DNA from: an uncultured Acidobacteriota bacterium
GTDB taxonomy: Bacteria; Acidobacteriota; Vicinamibacteria; Fen-336
NCBI GenBank assembly: GCA_963700695.1
Contig: CAVOYO010000012.1
Location: 446,614-510,613, forward strand
Direction of reading: 5' to 3'
DNA length: 64,000 nucleotides
Under the pieces are notes generated by a model that was given only the letters and a program-made list of their open reading frames with translations, ran no database searches and was not told the DNA's origin. Position numbers and translations under genes: made by a program. This document shows, in pieces, positions 49,524 to 58,203 of the stretch (the first letter of the stretch is position 1; each line of letters starts with the position of its first letter).

Positions 49524-50501
49524 TTGGGACACGAACGAGGCCCGATGGACCTTCTGGAGCTGCACACCCTCGAGCATGCCGACTCCCTGTTCGTTGCCCC
49601 CCACGGCGACGATGTTCCGCTCTCGTGCCCGGCCCGGGTCCACACCGAGGCCGAGCGCGGGCGTCGGGTCCTCGTAGTGGCGCTGTTCGAGCCGGAGGGT
49701 GCCGACGGGAAGGCGGCGGACGCGGTCCGCCGCCTCGGTGCATCCTATCTGGGGGCGGGTCTGCCCGCCGCGCGCGACCGGCGGGCGAAGCACGCGCCTT
49801 CGTCGCCGCCGACCGAGCGCGGCCCCGAGGACGAGGATGTCCTGATCACCGCGGCGATGCTCCTGGCCGAGATCGGTCCGAGGGTCGAGGCCGTCCACAT
49901 CCACGCGCCGCTGGGTCTGGGCTCCTCCGTCGACCACGACCTCGCCTACGAAGCCTCCGTGCGAGCCTTCGCGACCGGCGCCGGCCGTAACCTCTTCCTC
50001 TACGAGGAGCGCCCGGAGGCCTTCGTCCCCGGGGCGGTTCGAACCCGTCTGGCCCTCCTGGGGGCGCGGCTGCCCCCGGCGGGGGAGAGCGCGGCGCCTC
50101 GAGCCGGCCTCGCGAGGATGCTCTGGCGCGTCACCGAGCCCGGTCGGCTCCGGGGCGATGCGGGGGGCCTCCGGGGTCGCCTCACGACGATCGCCACGGC
50201 GCGACGCCGCTGGCGAACGGCCCGTGCCTGGAACCCTCAGCGGGCCTGGGGCCCTCGCCTGCAGCCGATCGTCCACGCCGCCGACGAGGAGGCGCGGTCG
50301 CTCGCGCACGAGGTGGCCGAGCTAGTGCTCCCGCGGGACCGGAAGGGCCGCCCCCGGGCCGCCCGCCGGTTCGGGGCACGGGCGGACCGTGCGGCGAAGG
50401 CACTCGGGGCGCCGTACCACGCGGAGAGGCTCTGGCTGTTCCTGCCCTCCGGTGACGGTCTGCCCGAGGTGCGTCACCCGCTCGAAGAGGCGGAGGACTA
50501 G
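49524..50501 (+). CDS. PIG-L/LmbE-family deacetylase-like protein
   Basis: LFVAPHGDDVPLSC resembles the aPHPDDe motif. The rest is weakly diagnostic. Confidence 0.45.
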   Translation: MGHERGPMDLLELHTLEHADSLFVAPHGDDVPLSCPARVHTEAERGRRVLVVALFEPEGADGKAADAVRRLGASYLGAGLPAARDRRAKHAPSSPPTERGPEDEDVLITAAMLLAEIGPRVEAVHIHAPLGLGSSVDHDLAYEASVRAFATGAGRNLFLYEERPEAFVPGAVRTRLALLGARLPPAGESAAPRAGLARMLWRVTEPGRLRGDAGGLRGRLTTIATARRRWRTARAWNPQRAWGPRLQPIVHAADEEARSLAHEVAELVLPRDRKGRPRAARRFGARADRAAKALGAPYHAERLWLFLPSGDGLPEVRHPLEEAED

Positions 50502-50507
50502 CCCCTC

Positions 50508-50540
50508 GCCCCGCGGTCTGCCTGATTCAGGCGGCGGGGC
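50508..50540. terminator. Nested hairpin between convergent genes
   Basis: GCCCCGC (50508-14) pairs with GCGGGGC (50534-40). The inner stem is GCCTG-att-CAGGC (50520-32). Confidence 0.4.
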
Positions 50541-51058
50541 TAGAGACACTCGGGGAGTACGGACCAGCGCTCCGGATCCTGGAGCCAAAGGGCGTTCAGG
50601 TACGTCTCCACGTGACCGCGAGGGAAGGGCGCGAGCGCCTCGACCGCCAACCGGGCCGTCTCCAACGATGGAGGAGCGGCCGACTCGGCCTCTTCGGTGA
50701 GGAGGCCGTCCTCGTGCGGCAGGGCGAGCGCATCCAGGAAGGCGCCGAGCAGCGGGCGCCGCTCGGCGAGGTGGAGCGAGACGAGCAGCCCCTGGGCGAG
50801 TTTCTCGCCGGGGTCGAGGACGGTGGCCATGATGCGGGCCTGCGCGTCCGGCGCGAGCGCCCGTGCGGCCTGCGGGCGCATGCGGCGGGCCGCGACGAGT
50901 ACCCCCAGTGCGGAGCCGATGAGCTCCGGCGCTGGCTCCTGGAAGAAGGCGCTCGCGGCGACGAGACGCTCCTCGCGGGGAAGGGCCTTCCAGAGGCGGG
51001 TCGCGGTCTGGTGGAACGCCATCGCGCTCATCTCACCACAGGCCGGCCCGCGCGCCAA
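50540..51058 (-). CDS. Hypothetical protein
   Basis: Intact ORF with coding-like composition. I recognise no motif. Confidence 0.45.
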   Translation of the reverse strand: MARGPACGEMSAMAFHQTATRLWKALPREERLVAASAFFQEPAPELIGSALGVLVAARRMRPQAARALAPDAQARIMATVLDPGEKLAQGLLVSLHLAERRPLLGAFLDALALPHEDGLLTEEAESAAPPSLETARLAVEALAPFPRGHVETYLNALWLQDPERWSVLPECL

Positions 51059-51093
51059 GCGGAGCCGGGCTGGTAAGATTCGGACGGAACGCC

Positions 51094-51390
51094 ATGAGCG
51101 ATCTCGCCCCCCCGCCGGCCCGCTCGGACTGCCTCACTGAAGACGAGGTGGCGCAGGTTCGCGCGGCCGCCCCCGGGGTAGTGCCGGAGCAGCTGGCCCG
51201 ACATCTTTCGGCCTGCGTCCGGTGTCAGGAGCGGGCCCTGTTCGGATCGGAGCCGCGCCGCCGCCGCGGGAAGGACTCCTCGCCCATGCCAACACCGATG
51301 CGGGCGTTCATCCTGCTGGCGATCATGATCGCGGTGATGGTGGTCTTCTTCTATACCCTGAACCAGTTCGTCGGCGATCCCTACCGCTGA
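51094..51390 (+). CDS. Putative zf-HC2 anti-sigma-factor-like membrane protein
   Basis: C-x23-H-x3-C-x2-C (CLTEDE...RHLSACVRC) is followed by one TM segment (FILLAIMIAVMVVFFY). No sigma factor gene is adjacent. Confidence 0.5.
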   Translation: MSDLAPPPARSDCLTEDEVAQVRAAAPGVVPEQLARHLSACVRCQERALFGSEPRRRRGKDSSPMPTPMRAFILLAIMIAVMVVFFYTLNQFVGDPYR

Positions 51391-51396
51391 CGTCTC

Positions 51397-52101
51397 TCAG
51401 GCCGGGCCGTCGACGGGCAGCAGGGCCCCGGTCACCGGCGCCGATTCGGAGGACAGAAGGAAGACCATCACCCGCGCGATGGCCGCGGGAGAGGTCCAGC
51501 TCGAGCGGTCGGCGTCGGGCATGGCCTCGCGGTTGGCGGGGGTGTCGATCGTGCCGGCCAGGACGCCGTTGAACCGGACTCGCTTCTCGCGGTTCTCCAT
51601 GGCGAGCACGCGGGTGAGGGCGTGGACCGCGGACTTCGCCACGGCATAGGCGGCCATGCCCGCCCCCGCCGTCTCTGCGGCGCGCGAGCCGACGGTGACG
51701 ACGCTGCCGCCCCCGTCGAGGAGATGGGGGAGCGCGGCCCGGCAGACGTGGCGCACCGTCGCCAGGTTCGAGCCCAGCATCCGGTTCCACTCGTCCTCGG
51801 GCGCGGCCTCGAATCGGGCTCCCCCCGCCCAGCCACCGGCGACCAGGGCAACACCGTCCAGCGCCCCCAGCCAACGCGTCGCCTCGTCGACGAAGGCGCG
51901 GGCCCCGTCGGCATGGGCCAGGTCCGCCTCGAGGCCCAGGAGCGGCGCCTCCGGGCCGACGTCGGACTCGAGAGCACGAAACTGCTCGGCCCGGCGCCAG
52001 GGAACGACCACCCGGGTCCCGCGCTCGACGAGCAGCGCGACGAGCGCCCGCCCGAGCGCACCGGTGCCCCCGGTGACGATGACCCCTTTGGGGTCACTCA
52101 C
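51397..52101 (-). CDS. SDR-family oxidoreductase
   Basis: TGGTGALG cofactor motif and the YAVAK catalytic Y-x3-K are present. Confidence 0.8.
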   Translation of the reverse strand: MSDPKGVIVTGGTGALGRALVALLVERGTRVVVPWRRAEQFRALESDVGPEAPLLGLEADLAHADGARAFVDEATRWLGALDGVALVAGGWAGGARFEAAPEDEWNRMLGSNLATVRHVCRAALPHLLDGGGSVVTVGSRAAETAGAGMAAYAVAKSAVHALTRVLAMENREKRVRFNGVLAGTIDTPANREAMPDADRSSWTSPAAIARVMVFLLSSESAPVTGALLPVDGPA

Positions 52102-52528
52102 GATCCCCTCCGTTCAGCTCCGCCCAGGAGCGTCCGGGCTCGGCCTGCGTGCTCGCGGGCAGGTCCATCTTTCCCCACCCGGGGTCGGCGCGGCCGAAGA
52201 AGTCGCGGCTGCCGAGGAACCCGGCGCGCTGGACGGCGAGGGTCGTGTATCCCGCCCGCAGCAACATGACGACCGCGTGCTCCGACCGGTTGGACGTGCG
52301 ACAGCCCACCACGAGCTTGGCGTCCTTGGCGAAGTGACGCTCCATCACCGGCAGAAAATCGGCGTTGGCCGAGGTTCCGTTGGGATCCATGTGCGCCAGG
52401 GGGACGTTGTAGGCGCCGGCGGGGTGGCCCTCCTCGAACTCGGGCACCGAGCGGACGTCGACGTAGGACCAGCCCTCGTCCTGCATGAGGCCGAGGGCTT
52501 CCTCGGGAGAAACACGCTTGATGTACAT
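52094..52528 (-). CDS. Rhodanese-domain sulfurtransferase
   Basis: YVDVRSVPEFEEGHPAGAYNVP and the active-site loop CRTSNRS are present. Confidence 0.75.
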   Translation of the reverse strand: MYIKRVSPEEALGLMQDEGWSYVDVRSVPEFEEGHPAGAYNVPLAHMDPNGTSANADFLPVMERHFAKDAKLVVGCRTSNRSEHAVVMLLRAGYTTLAVQRAGFLGSRDFFGRADPGWGKMDLPASTQAEPGRSWAELNGGDRE

Positions 52529-52555
52529 CGTTCTGGGGGGAACCTCCTGAGGCGG

Positions 52556-53722
52556 TTATAGCACGAGGTCGGCGAGGACCCGGTCGATGCCCTCGGAGAA
52601 GGTGGCCGGCGCGGGCAGGAGGCTCAGGACGAGGTAGGCCTCCCGCGGGAAGTCGAAGAAGTAGCCCGGGTGGACGAAGACGTCGCGCTGCCCGAGGAGC
52701 CGGAACACGCGCTCTTCCTCGGGCAGGGTCGCGGGCACGCGCAGCACCGCCGACCAGCCCCCCTGCGGCTCGAGGAGACTCGCCGGCGAGCGCGATCCCA
52801 GGCGAGAGCGCAGCGCCTCGAGGTTTGTCTGCGTTCGCTCGCGCAGAGGCGCCTGCAGCTCCACACGACGGGCCAGGAGCGCCGGCGCCGCCACCTGGAC
52901 CGGAGTCGACACCGAAAGGTAGGTGTCGGCCACGATCTCCAACCGCTGGAGCGCCTCGCGACGCCGGTCCTCGGGGCCGGTCACCGCCATCCAGGCCAGC
53001 TTGAGCTGGGGGAGCCCGCAGCTCTTCGACAGCCCTCCGAGGGTGAAGACGAGCGCGGGCCCGTCGTGGGCCGCGCTCGGCGGCCGCTCGCCGTCGGCCA
53101 CGAAAGAGAAATCGGCGAACACCTCGTCGGAGATGACGGCGAGGTCGCGCTCGGCGGCGAGAGCCTCGAGGGCGTCCCGCTCCTCCCGCGCGAGGTAGGC
53201 CCCGGTGGGGTTTCCCGGGCTGACCGCGATGACGGCCCGGGTGCGCGCCGAGACGGATCGGCGCAGGGCGGCGAGGTCGATGTGCCAGGAGCCGTCGTGC
53301 TCGAGGGGGTATCCGCAGACGCGCACCGACTCGAGCGCGGCAAGGTACTCGAACAGAGGGTATCCCGGCCGTGGCACGAGGATCTCGTCGCCGGGGTCGC
53401 AGAGCAGCTTGAGCAGAAAGCCGTAGGCCTCGCTCGTGCTCGCGGTGAGGACGATCCGGCTGGGGTCCACCTCCGCACCGCGACGGGCGAAGTCGGCAGC
53501 CACCGCTTCGCGCGCAGCAAGAAGCCCGAAGGGGGTGGGGTCGTACCGCCGTCCGGCGGGCTGGGCCAGGAGGGCGAGGAGGTCCCCGGGGCAGGGGATC
53601 CCCGCCCGCGTGGGGTTCGACTCCGTCAGATCGAGCACGCGCGCGCCCGCGGCGTCCTTCCGGTCGCGCAGCTGCGACAGGCGGTTCGGCCGGAGGTCCC
53701 ATTGGGCTCGCGTCGAAAACAT
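52556..53722 (-). CDS. PLP-dependent aminotransferase, class I/II
   Basis: NPTGA, DEVF/Y and the SKS..LPQLKLAW lysine motif are present in an intact 388 aa. Confidence 0.8.
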   Translation of the reverse strand: MFSTRAQWDLRPNRLSQLRDRKDAAGARVLDLTESNPTRAGIPCPGDLLALLAQPAGRRYDPTPFGLLAAREAVAADFARRGAEVDPSRIVLTASTSEAYGFLLKLLCDPGDEILVPRPGYPLFEYLAALESVRVCGYPLEHDGSWHIDLAALRRSVSARTRAVIAVSPGNPTGAYLAREERDALEALAAERDLAVISDEVFADFSFVADGERPPSAAHDGPALVFTLGGLSKSCGLPQLKLAWMAVTGPEDRRREALQRLEIVADTYLSVSTPVQVAAPALLARRVELQAPLRERTQTNLEALRSRLGSRSPASLLEPQGGWSAVLRVPATLPEEERVFRLLGQRDVFVHPGYFFDFPREAYLVLSLLPAPATFSEGIDRVLADLVL

Positions 53723-53811
53723 GAGGTGAGCTGCATCCTAATGCAGCGCGGCTTCGACGTGCGCGTCTTGACCTGGATGCGTGCCGGGCCCTACCCTTCC
53801 CCCAGCCTGCC

Positions 53812-54522
53812 ATGAAGCCCGTTCACGCGGTCCTCGTCCTCTCGCTGGTCGCCCTTGGGGCATGCTCCGGATCGGAGACTCCCCCCGTGTCGGCGGTGTC
53901 TCCGTCTCCGTCCCCGCCCCCCGAAAACCCGAACCGCCCGCTCCCGGACCCGCTTCCGGATGTGCTGGCCCGCGTCAACGGGCAGGCGATACGGCTGGCC
54001 GAGGTCGTGCCCCTGGCTCGGGACGAGCTCCGTCGGTTCCTGCCCGCGCAGCGCGACGAGAAGACGCCCGCGGTCATGCGCCTGGCCCTGCGGAGGTACA
54101 TCGACCAGGAGCTGCTGCTTCAGGAGGCCCTCGCCCGGGGGATCGAGGCCGACACGCGCACCGTCGAGTATGAGTACGATCAAGCGCGGCGGGAGTACCC
54201 CAACGAGGAGGCCTGGGGCGAGTTCCTGGCCCAGCTCGGGTTCGCCCCCCAATCCTTCAAGGCCGCCCTGCGAATCCGACACACCGTGGCCGCCCTCATC
54301 CGGCAGGAGGCGAACCTCGGCCCGGTGAGCGACGAGGAGGCCCGGGCCGCCTTCGAGGCCGATCGCGCCGCCTTCACCCCGCCGGGGGCTCTGGCCCCTC
54401 CACCTTTCGAGACGGTGCGGGAGAAGGTCCGGGAGGCGGTGGAGGAGCAGAAGGAGAACGAAGCGGGGGCGGCTCTCGTCGAGCAGCTGCGGGCGCGAGC
54501 GCGCATCGAGACCTTCATCTGA
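53812..54522 (+). CDS. SurA N-terminal-domain lipoprotein (periplasmic chaperone-like)
   Basis: Lipobox LVALGAC. VLARVNGQAIRLAEV... resembles the SurA_N pattern. No parvulin domain is present. Confidence 0.6.
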   Translation: MKPVHAVLVLSLVALGACSGSETPPVSAVSPSPSPPPENPNRPLPDPLPDVLARVNGQAIRLAEVVPLARDELRRFLPAQRDEKTPAVMRLALRRYIDQELLLQEALARGIEADTRTVEYEYDQARREYPNEEAWGEFLAQLGFAPQSFKAALRIRHTVAALIRQEANLGPVSDEEARAAFEADRAAFTPPGALAPPPFETVREKVREAVEEQKENEAGAALVEQLRARARIETFI

Positions 54523-54584
54523 GCGTCCCTCCCGCGCACGTCGTCGGGAACCGCGCCCCGGGTTGTCGGTGACGCCCTGCTAGC

Positions 54585-55664
54585 CTAGCCGGTGGCCGCG
54601 CTTCCGGCGTTCGCCTCGGTCAGCGTTTCGGCCAGGACCACGCGGTTGCGGCCACGCTGCTTGGCCGCGTAGAGCGCGCGGTCGGCGAGATCGACGAGGT
54701 CCTCCGGGCGCATGCCGGCCCTGGGCACCGTGGAGGCCGATCCGAGGCTGACGGTGAGCACGGGGGAGACGTCTGAGGAGCTGTGCTCGATGTCGAGCGC
54801 CTCGACGCGGGCGCGCACCCGCTCGGCCAGGAGCCGGGCACCTTCCGAGTCGGTGTCGACCAGCAGACCCACGAACTCCTCGCCGCCGTAGCGGGCGGCG
54901 AGGTCGGCGGGGCGGTTCAGCGTGTCCTCGACCGCCTGGGCGACCCGCACGAGGCAATCGTCGCCGGCCTGGTGGCCATAGGTGTCGTTGAAGCGCTTGA
55001 AGTGGTCGATGTCGCAGAAGAGGAGGGAGAGGCTGGCGTCGTCTCGGGCTGCCCGCTTCCACTCCTGGCGCAGCACGTCGTCGAAGCGGCGACGGTTGGC
55101 GATCCCGGTGAGCGTGTCGAGGGCGGAGAGCCGCTCGAGAAGGCGGTTCTTGTCCTCGAGCTGGCGGCGGATCTCGACCAGCTCGCGGTTGGCCCGCTCC
55201 ACCTGGTCGGCGTAGGCCTGCAGCTTGATGTTGTCGCCGGCGAGGGCCTCGAGGTCGTGGCGGGAGCGCTCGGAGAAGATCCGGAGCAGCACCATCAACG
55301 CGGCCGGGTTGTGCGCGATGTGCTGCCAGAAGGCCGACTCGGGGATCTCCAGCACCTCCGTTTCGTCGAGAGACCGGAGGGTCGCGGCGCGCTCGCGCGA
55401 CTCGATCAACGCCATCTCCCCGAAGCAGTCGCCGGGGCTGCCCACCGCCACCTGCTTGCCGCTGCGTGAAACCACGAGGTGGCCGGAGAGGACGACGAAC
55501 ATCGCGTGGCCCTCCTCCCCCTCACGGCAGAGGGCTTCCCCCGCGGGGAGGACGATGCGTCGGCACAGGCCCAGCAGGCCCCGCAGGTCGGCTTCCGACA
55601 GGGGCGCGAGCAAGTCCGTGTCCCGGACCATGCCGACGAGGGCGTCCTCGCTCGCCTTCGTCAT
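54585..55664 (-). CDS. cNMP-binding domain / GGDEF diguanylate cyclase
   Basis: GDCFGEMALI...RAATL (cNMP-binding), a coiled linker, then DHFKRFNDTYGHQAGD and the GGEEF active site. Confidence 0.85.
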   Translation of the reverse strand: MTKASEDALVGMVRDTDLLAPLSEADLRGLLGLCRRIVLPAGEALCREGEEGHAMFVVLSGHLVVSRSGKQVAVGSPGDCFGEMALIESRERAATLRSLDETEVLEIPESAFWQHIAHNPAALMVLLRIFSERSRHDLEALAGDNIKLQAYADQVERANRELVEIRRQLEDKNRLLERLSALDTLTGIANRRRFDDVLRQEWKRAARDDASLSLLFCDIDHFKRFNDTYGHQAGDDCLVRVAQAVEDTLNRPADLAARYGGEEFVGLLVDTDSEGARLLAERVRARVEALDIEHSSSDVSPVLTVSLGSASTVPRAGMRPEDLVDLADRALYAAKQRGRNRVVLAETLTEANAGSAATG

Positions 55665-55839
55665 CGGAAGAGGGCAAGTCCCCCGCGGACCGCGTGGCTC
55701 GGCGTTTCTTCGAGACACACCATCCGCTCGATGATAGCCGTTTTTGAGCCCCCAGAGGGCCTCCGACGGGGGCTGTCGGAGGCCGGCCAGAACCAAGCTC
55801 TCCGAGTCGACGGCTTCGGGAGCCCGGCGAGCGGCGAGG

Positions 55840-56109
55840 CTACGGCCGGGGGTCGGGTCCCCCGTCACGCTTCGTGATCTGCACCCGGAAGACCTCGGGG
55901 CCCTCCTCGAGCGACGTCCACTCGAACTGACCTGGACGCTGCTCCTCGAAATGGCGGAGGAGACCCCGCGGCACGTGGTCGTTGACGACGACGACGCTGT
56001 TGCCGGCCTCGAGGGCGTCGAAGGTGCTCAGCACGCAGGCCTTGCGGTCGGTGCAGGCGCCGAGGGTGCGAATGTCCACGGTGTGCGAGGCCACTGCGGG
56101 TGTGCTCAT
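55840..56109 (-). CDS. DUF2249-domain protein
   Basis: 89 aa. ...VLSTFDALEAGNSVVVVNDHVPRGLLRHFEEQRPGQFEW matches my memory of DUF2249. Confidence 0.6.
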   Translation of the reverse strand: MSTPAVASHTVDIRTLGACTDRKACVLSTFDALEAGNSVVVVNDHVPRGLLRHFEEQRPGQFEWTSLEEGPEVFRVQITKRDGGPDPRP

Positions 56110-56324
56110 TCGGGTCTCCTTCGGAATGCGGTCGAGAGTGCGCCTCCCGCCGCACCCTCAGTGTGGCAGATGCGACCGGTCGGGACCATGACCGCCGTCA
56201 TGTGCCTCGGACGGCAGCGGCCGTCCGCCGGGAGGCGCCCCGGCGGTGCCCCTGTGGCGGGGCGGCGTCACAGGTGAGCGGTTGCTCTTCTGCCCGCTCT
56301 GTGGTCATCTCTGTATCACGGCAC

Positions 56325-56423
56325 GGAAGCGATTCGGGTCTGGTGACTCGCGCGGCCTTCAAAGCCGTCCGGCTCCGGGTTGATCCCCGGAGCGGTGGGT
56401 TCGATTCCCACCCGCTTCCGCCA
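56325..56423 (+). tRNA. selC: tRNA-Sec (anticodon TCA)
   Basis: 99 nt, GGAAGCGA...CCGCTTCC-G-CCA. It has an 8-nt acceptor arm (position 8 is A:C), a 6-bp D stem with a 4-nt loop (CGGGTC-TGGT-GACTCG), the anticodon loop CTTCAAA, an 8-bp variable arm (GCTCCGGG/CCCGGAGC) and the T arm GTGGG-TTCGATT-CCCAC. The ends resemble E. coli selC. Confidence 0.9.
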
Positions 56424-56456
56424 AACGTCCCTTGTGCCTCTAGCCACCTCTACCGG

Positions 56457-57525
56457 CTACCCGACACGGCGACTGTGCGCGTTCTGTGCGCTTTCGGCTT
56501 CAGGAAGTCCTCCGAGCATCCCGATACCCTGGCGCGTGTCCTCCACATCGATCACGTTGTATCGATCAAATGTGGACCGGGTCCGATGCCCGCTTACCTT
56601 CATCACCGTGGACTCTGCGACACCCGCCCGAACCCACGAACGTAGCCCGGAACGTCGCAAGTCATAGGGCACCAGGCCGGCCCGCCCGCCTCGAACCCGG
56701 CCAACCTGCACGCCGTTGCCCACGTCTTCCGGTAGTCCTTCACCGGGTAGCCAAGGCGACCACGGAACCGGCGATGGAAGATCAGATCGGAGCCGACGAC
56801 CCGCCGCTCCTGCCTGCGCTTGATGATGTCGAGGATCGGCCCAGCGAGAGCGATGGTCCTTCCGCGCTTGATCTTCGCGGTCTGCGGCGGGACCGTGATC
56901 GTCCCCGCGTCCACATCGACACAACTCCACGTCAACTGCCGGGTTTCGCTTGGACGCATCGCGGTCCAGAACGACCACGCCAAGAAGTCGGACACGTCAC
57001 GGTCGCGGACGTTCCCCAAGATTCGCATGAACTGCTCGTAGGAGACGAAGCCTTGCCTCGCGTTGACCACCGTCTCCACGGTCACATGCGGGATACGAGA
57101 TGCGGGGAGCTTGTGAGACACGACCGCGTGACGGTACGAGGCCCGGAGCAACTCCAACTCGCGGGCGATGGTCGCCGGTGCCCGTCCGTCGCTCTCCCGC
57201 CTCATCTTGAACCGCTCAAGATCCCGACCGTGACCGCCAGCGCCCGACGCCGCCCCAAGATGGCGAGGAGTGCCTTCGAGTGACTCCTGAGCTTGTTGAT
57301 GGAGCGGAGCCCGCGGCGAGCGTTCAGGTAGTCCAAGAGGATCGTCTCGATCTTGACCGAGTCTTGGTGGGGAAGGGGATCGTCCTCCCGAAGTCGACGC
57401 TTTAACTTCCGCTCGGCCTCGCGCTTCGTGCTCCCGCCAGGCTCTCGCCGCTCGTCCCCATCGACGTAGTAGCCGATCCACCAGCGCGACCCACGTCGAT
57501 ACACTCGCCCGAGCCCGTACATCAT
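56457..57525 (-). CDS. Tyrosine recombinase/integrase (2 apparent frameshifts)
   Basis: ORFs 57202..57525, 56603..57481 and 56457..56978 join near ~57230 and ~56690. ATIARELELLRASYRHAV, MRPSETRQLTW, then YDLRRSGLR and GHRTRSTFDRYNV (catalytic R, H-x-x-R, Y). Confidence 0.8.
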
Positions 57526-57821
57526 CCCTCGCTGTGGCCCGCCTGCATCCAGGCTTCAGCCCCGGCGAGATCTACCACAACCTTGCGGCCAAGGCGACTC
57601 ACCCACGGGAGGTCGTCCTGGTTGTGATAGATCCACTCCTTCGAGCAGCCGAGCCGCTTCGCGGCCTCGGTCACACTCACCTTGCGCCCAAGCTGGGCGG
57701 CGGGGGCTCTCTGATGCGCCATCGCGGCGGCACCCCTCCCGGTGATTTCGAGGCCCGCGGCCAGCAACTCCGCCGGCTCGGCTTGGCACAACGCGGCCTC
57801 GAGGGCCTGGCGGTCAATCAC
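57522..57821 (-). CDS. Excisionase/AlpA-type HTH DNA-binding protein
   Basis: VSVTEAAKRLGCSKEWIYHNQDDLPWV is the HTH. GTG start at 57821. The stop overlaps the integrase ATG. Confidence 0.6.
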   Translation of the reverse strand: MIDRQALEAALCQAEPAELLAAGLEITGRGAAAMAHQRAPAAQLGRKVSVTEAAKRLGCSKEWIYHNQDDLPWVSRLGRKVVVDLAGAEAWMQAGHSEG

Positions 57822-57997
57822 GGGGGCCTTCCCGTCGTCCTCGATGAAGAGCTCGACGGTGGCCGTGCAGGCCTTGGGGCAGGCGGGTCACGGGAGGGTT
57901 GCCCCAGGGCTTGCCCCTCCGCGCACAGGCCGACCCATTCGTGCATGGTGTCGAGATGAGCGTCCCGGACCGCCGCGAGGAGGTCGTCGCGGGTCAT
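57818..57997 (-). CDS. Small island ORF (59 aa), possibly the frameshifted N-terminal part of the HTH gene
   Basis: ATG at 57997 (MTRDDLLAAVRDAHLDTMHEW...). The stop overlaps the next GTG (GTGA). The downstream frame also stays open back to 57880, so a fusion is possible. Confidence 0.3.
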   Translation of the reverse strand: MTRDDLLAAVRDAHLDTMHEWVGLCAEGQALGQPSRDPPAPRPARPPSSSSSRTTGRPP

Positions 57998-58119
57998 GCG
58001 GGAACCCTCACGGGATTGGCCTCGGCTATCAGCCGGCCCAGCTCGCCGAAGATGGTGTCGCGGTCCATCGCAATCAGTGCCTTCTGGACCGTCGAGCTGA
58101 GGGTCTCAAGGTGACCCAC
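57994..58119 (-). CDS. Small island ORF (41 aa)
   Basis: GTG at 58119 (an alternative ATG lies at 58068). The stop overlaps the next ATG (ATGA). Confidence 0.25.
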   Translation of the reverse strand: MGHLETLSSTVQKALIAMDRDTIFGELGRLIAEANPVRVPA

Positions 58120-58203
58120 GGGGAATACCCGATCGGCCCTCTAAGAGGTCTGGGCCATCGCCCGCGGCTGGGATCCCTGGGTATCTGAGGGATTGTAGGA
58201 ATC

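Noticed and set aside
51094-51390. An anti-sigma factor implying an ECF sigma regulon at this locus.
   Set aside because: No sigma-70-family gene is adjacent on either side. The zf-HC2 assignment rests on a short Cys/His pattern only.
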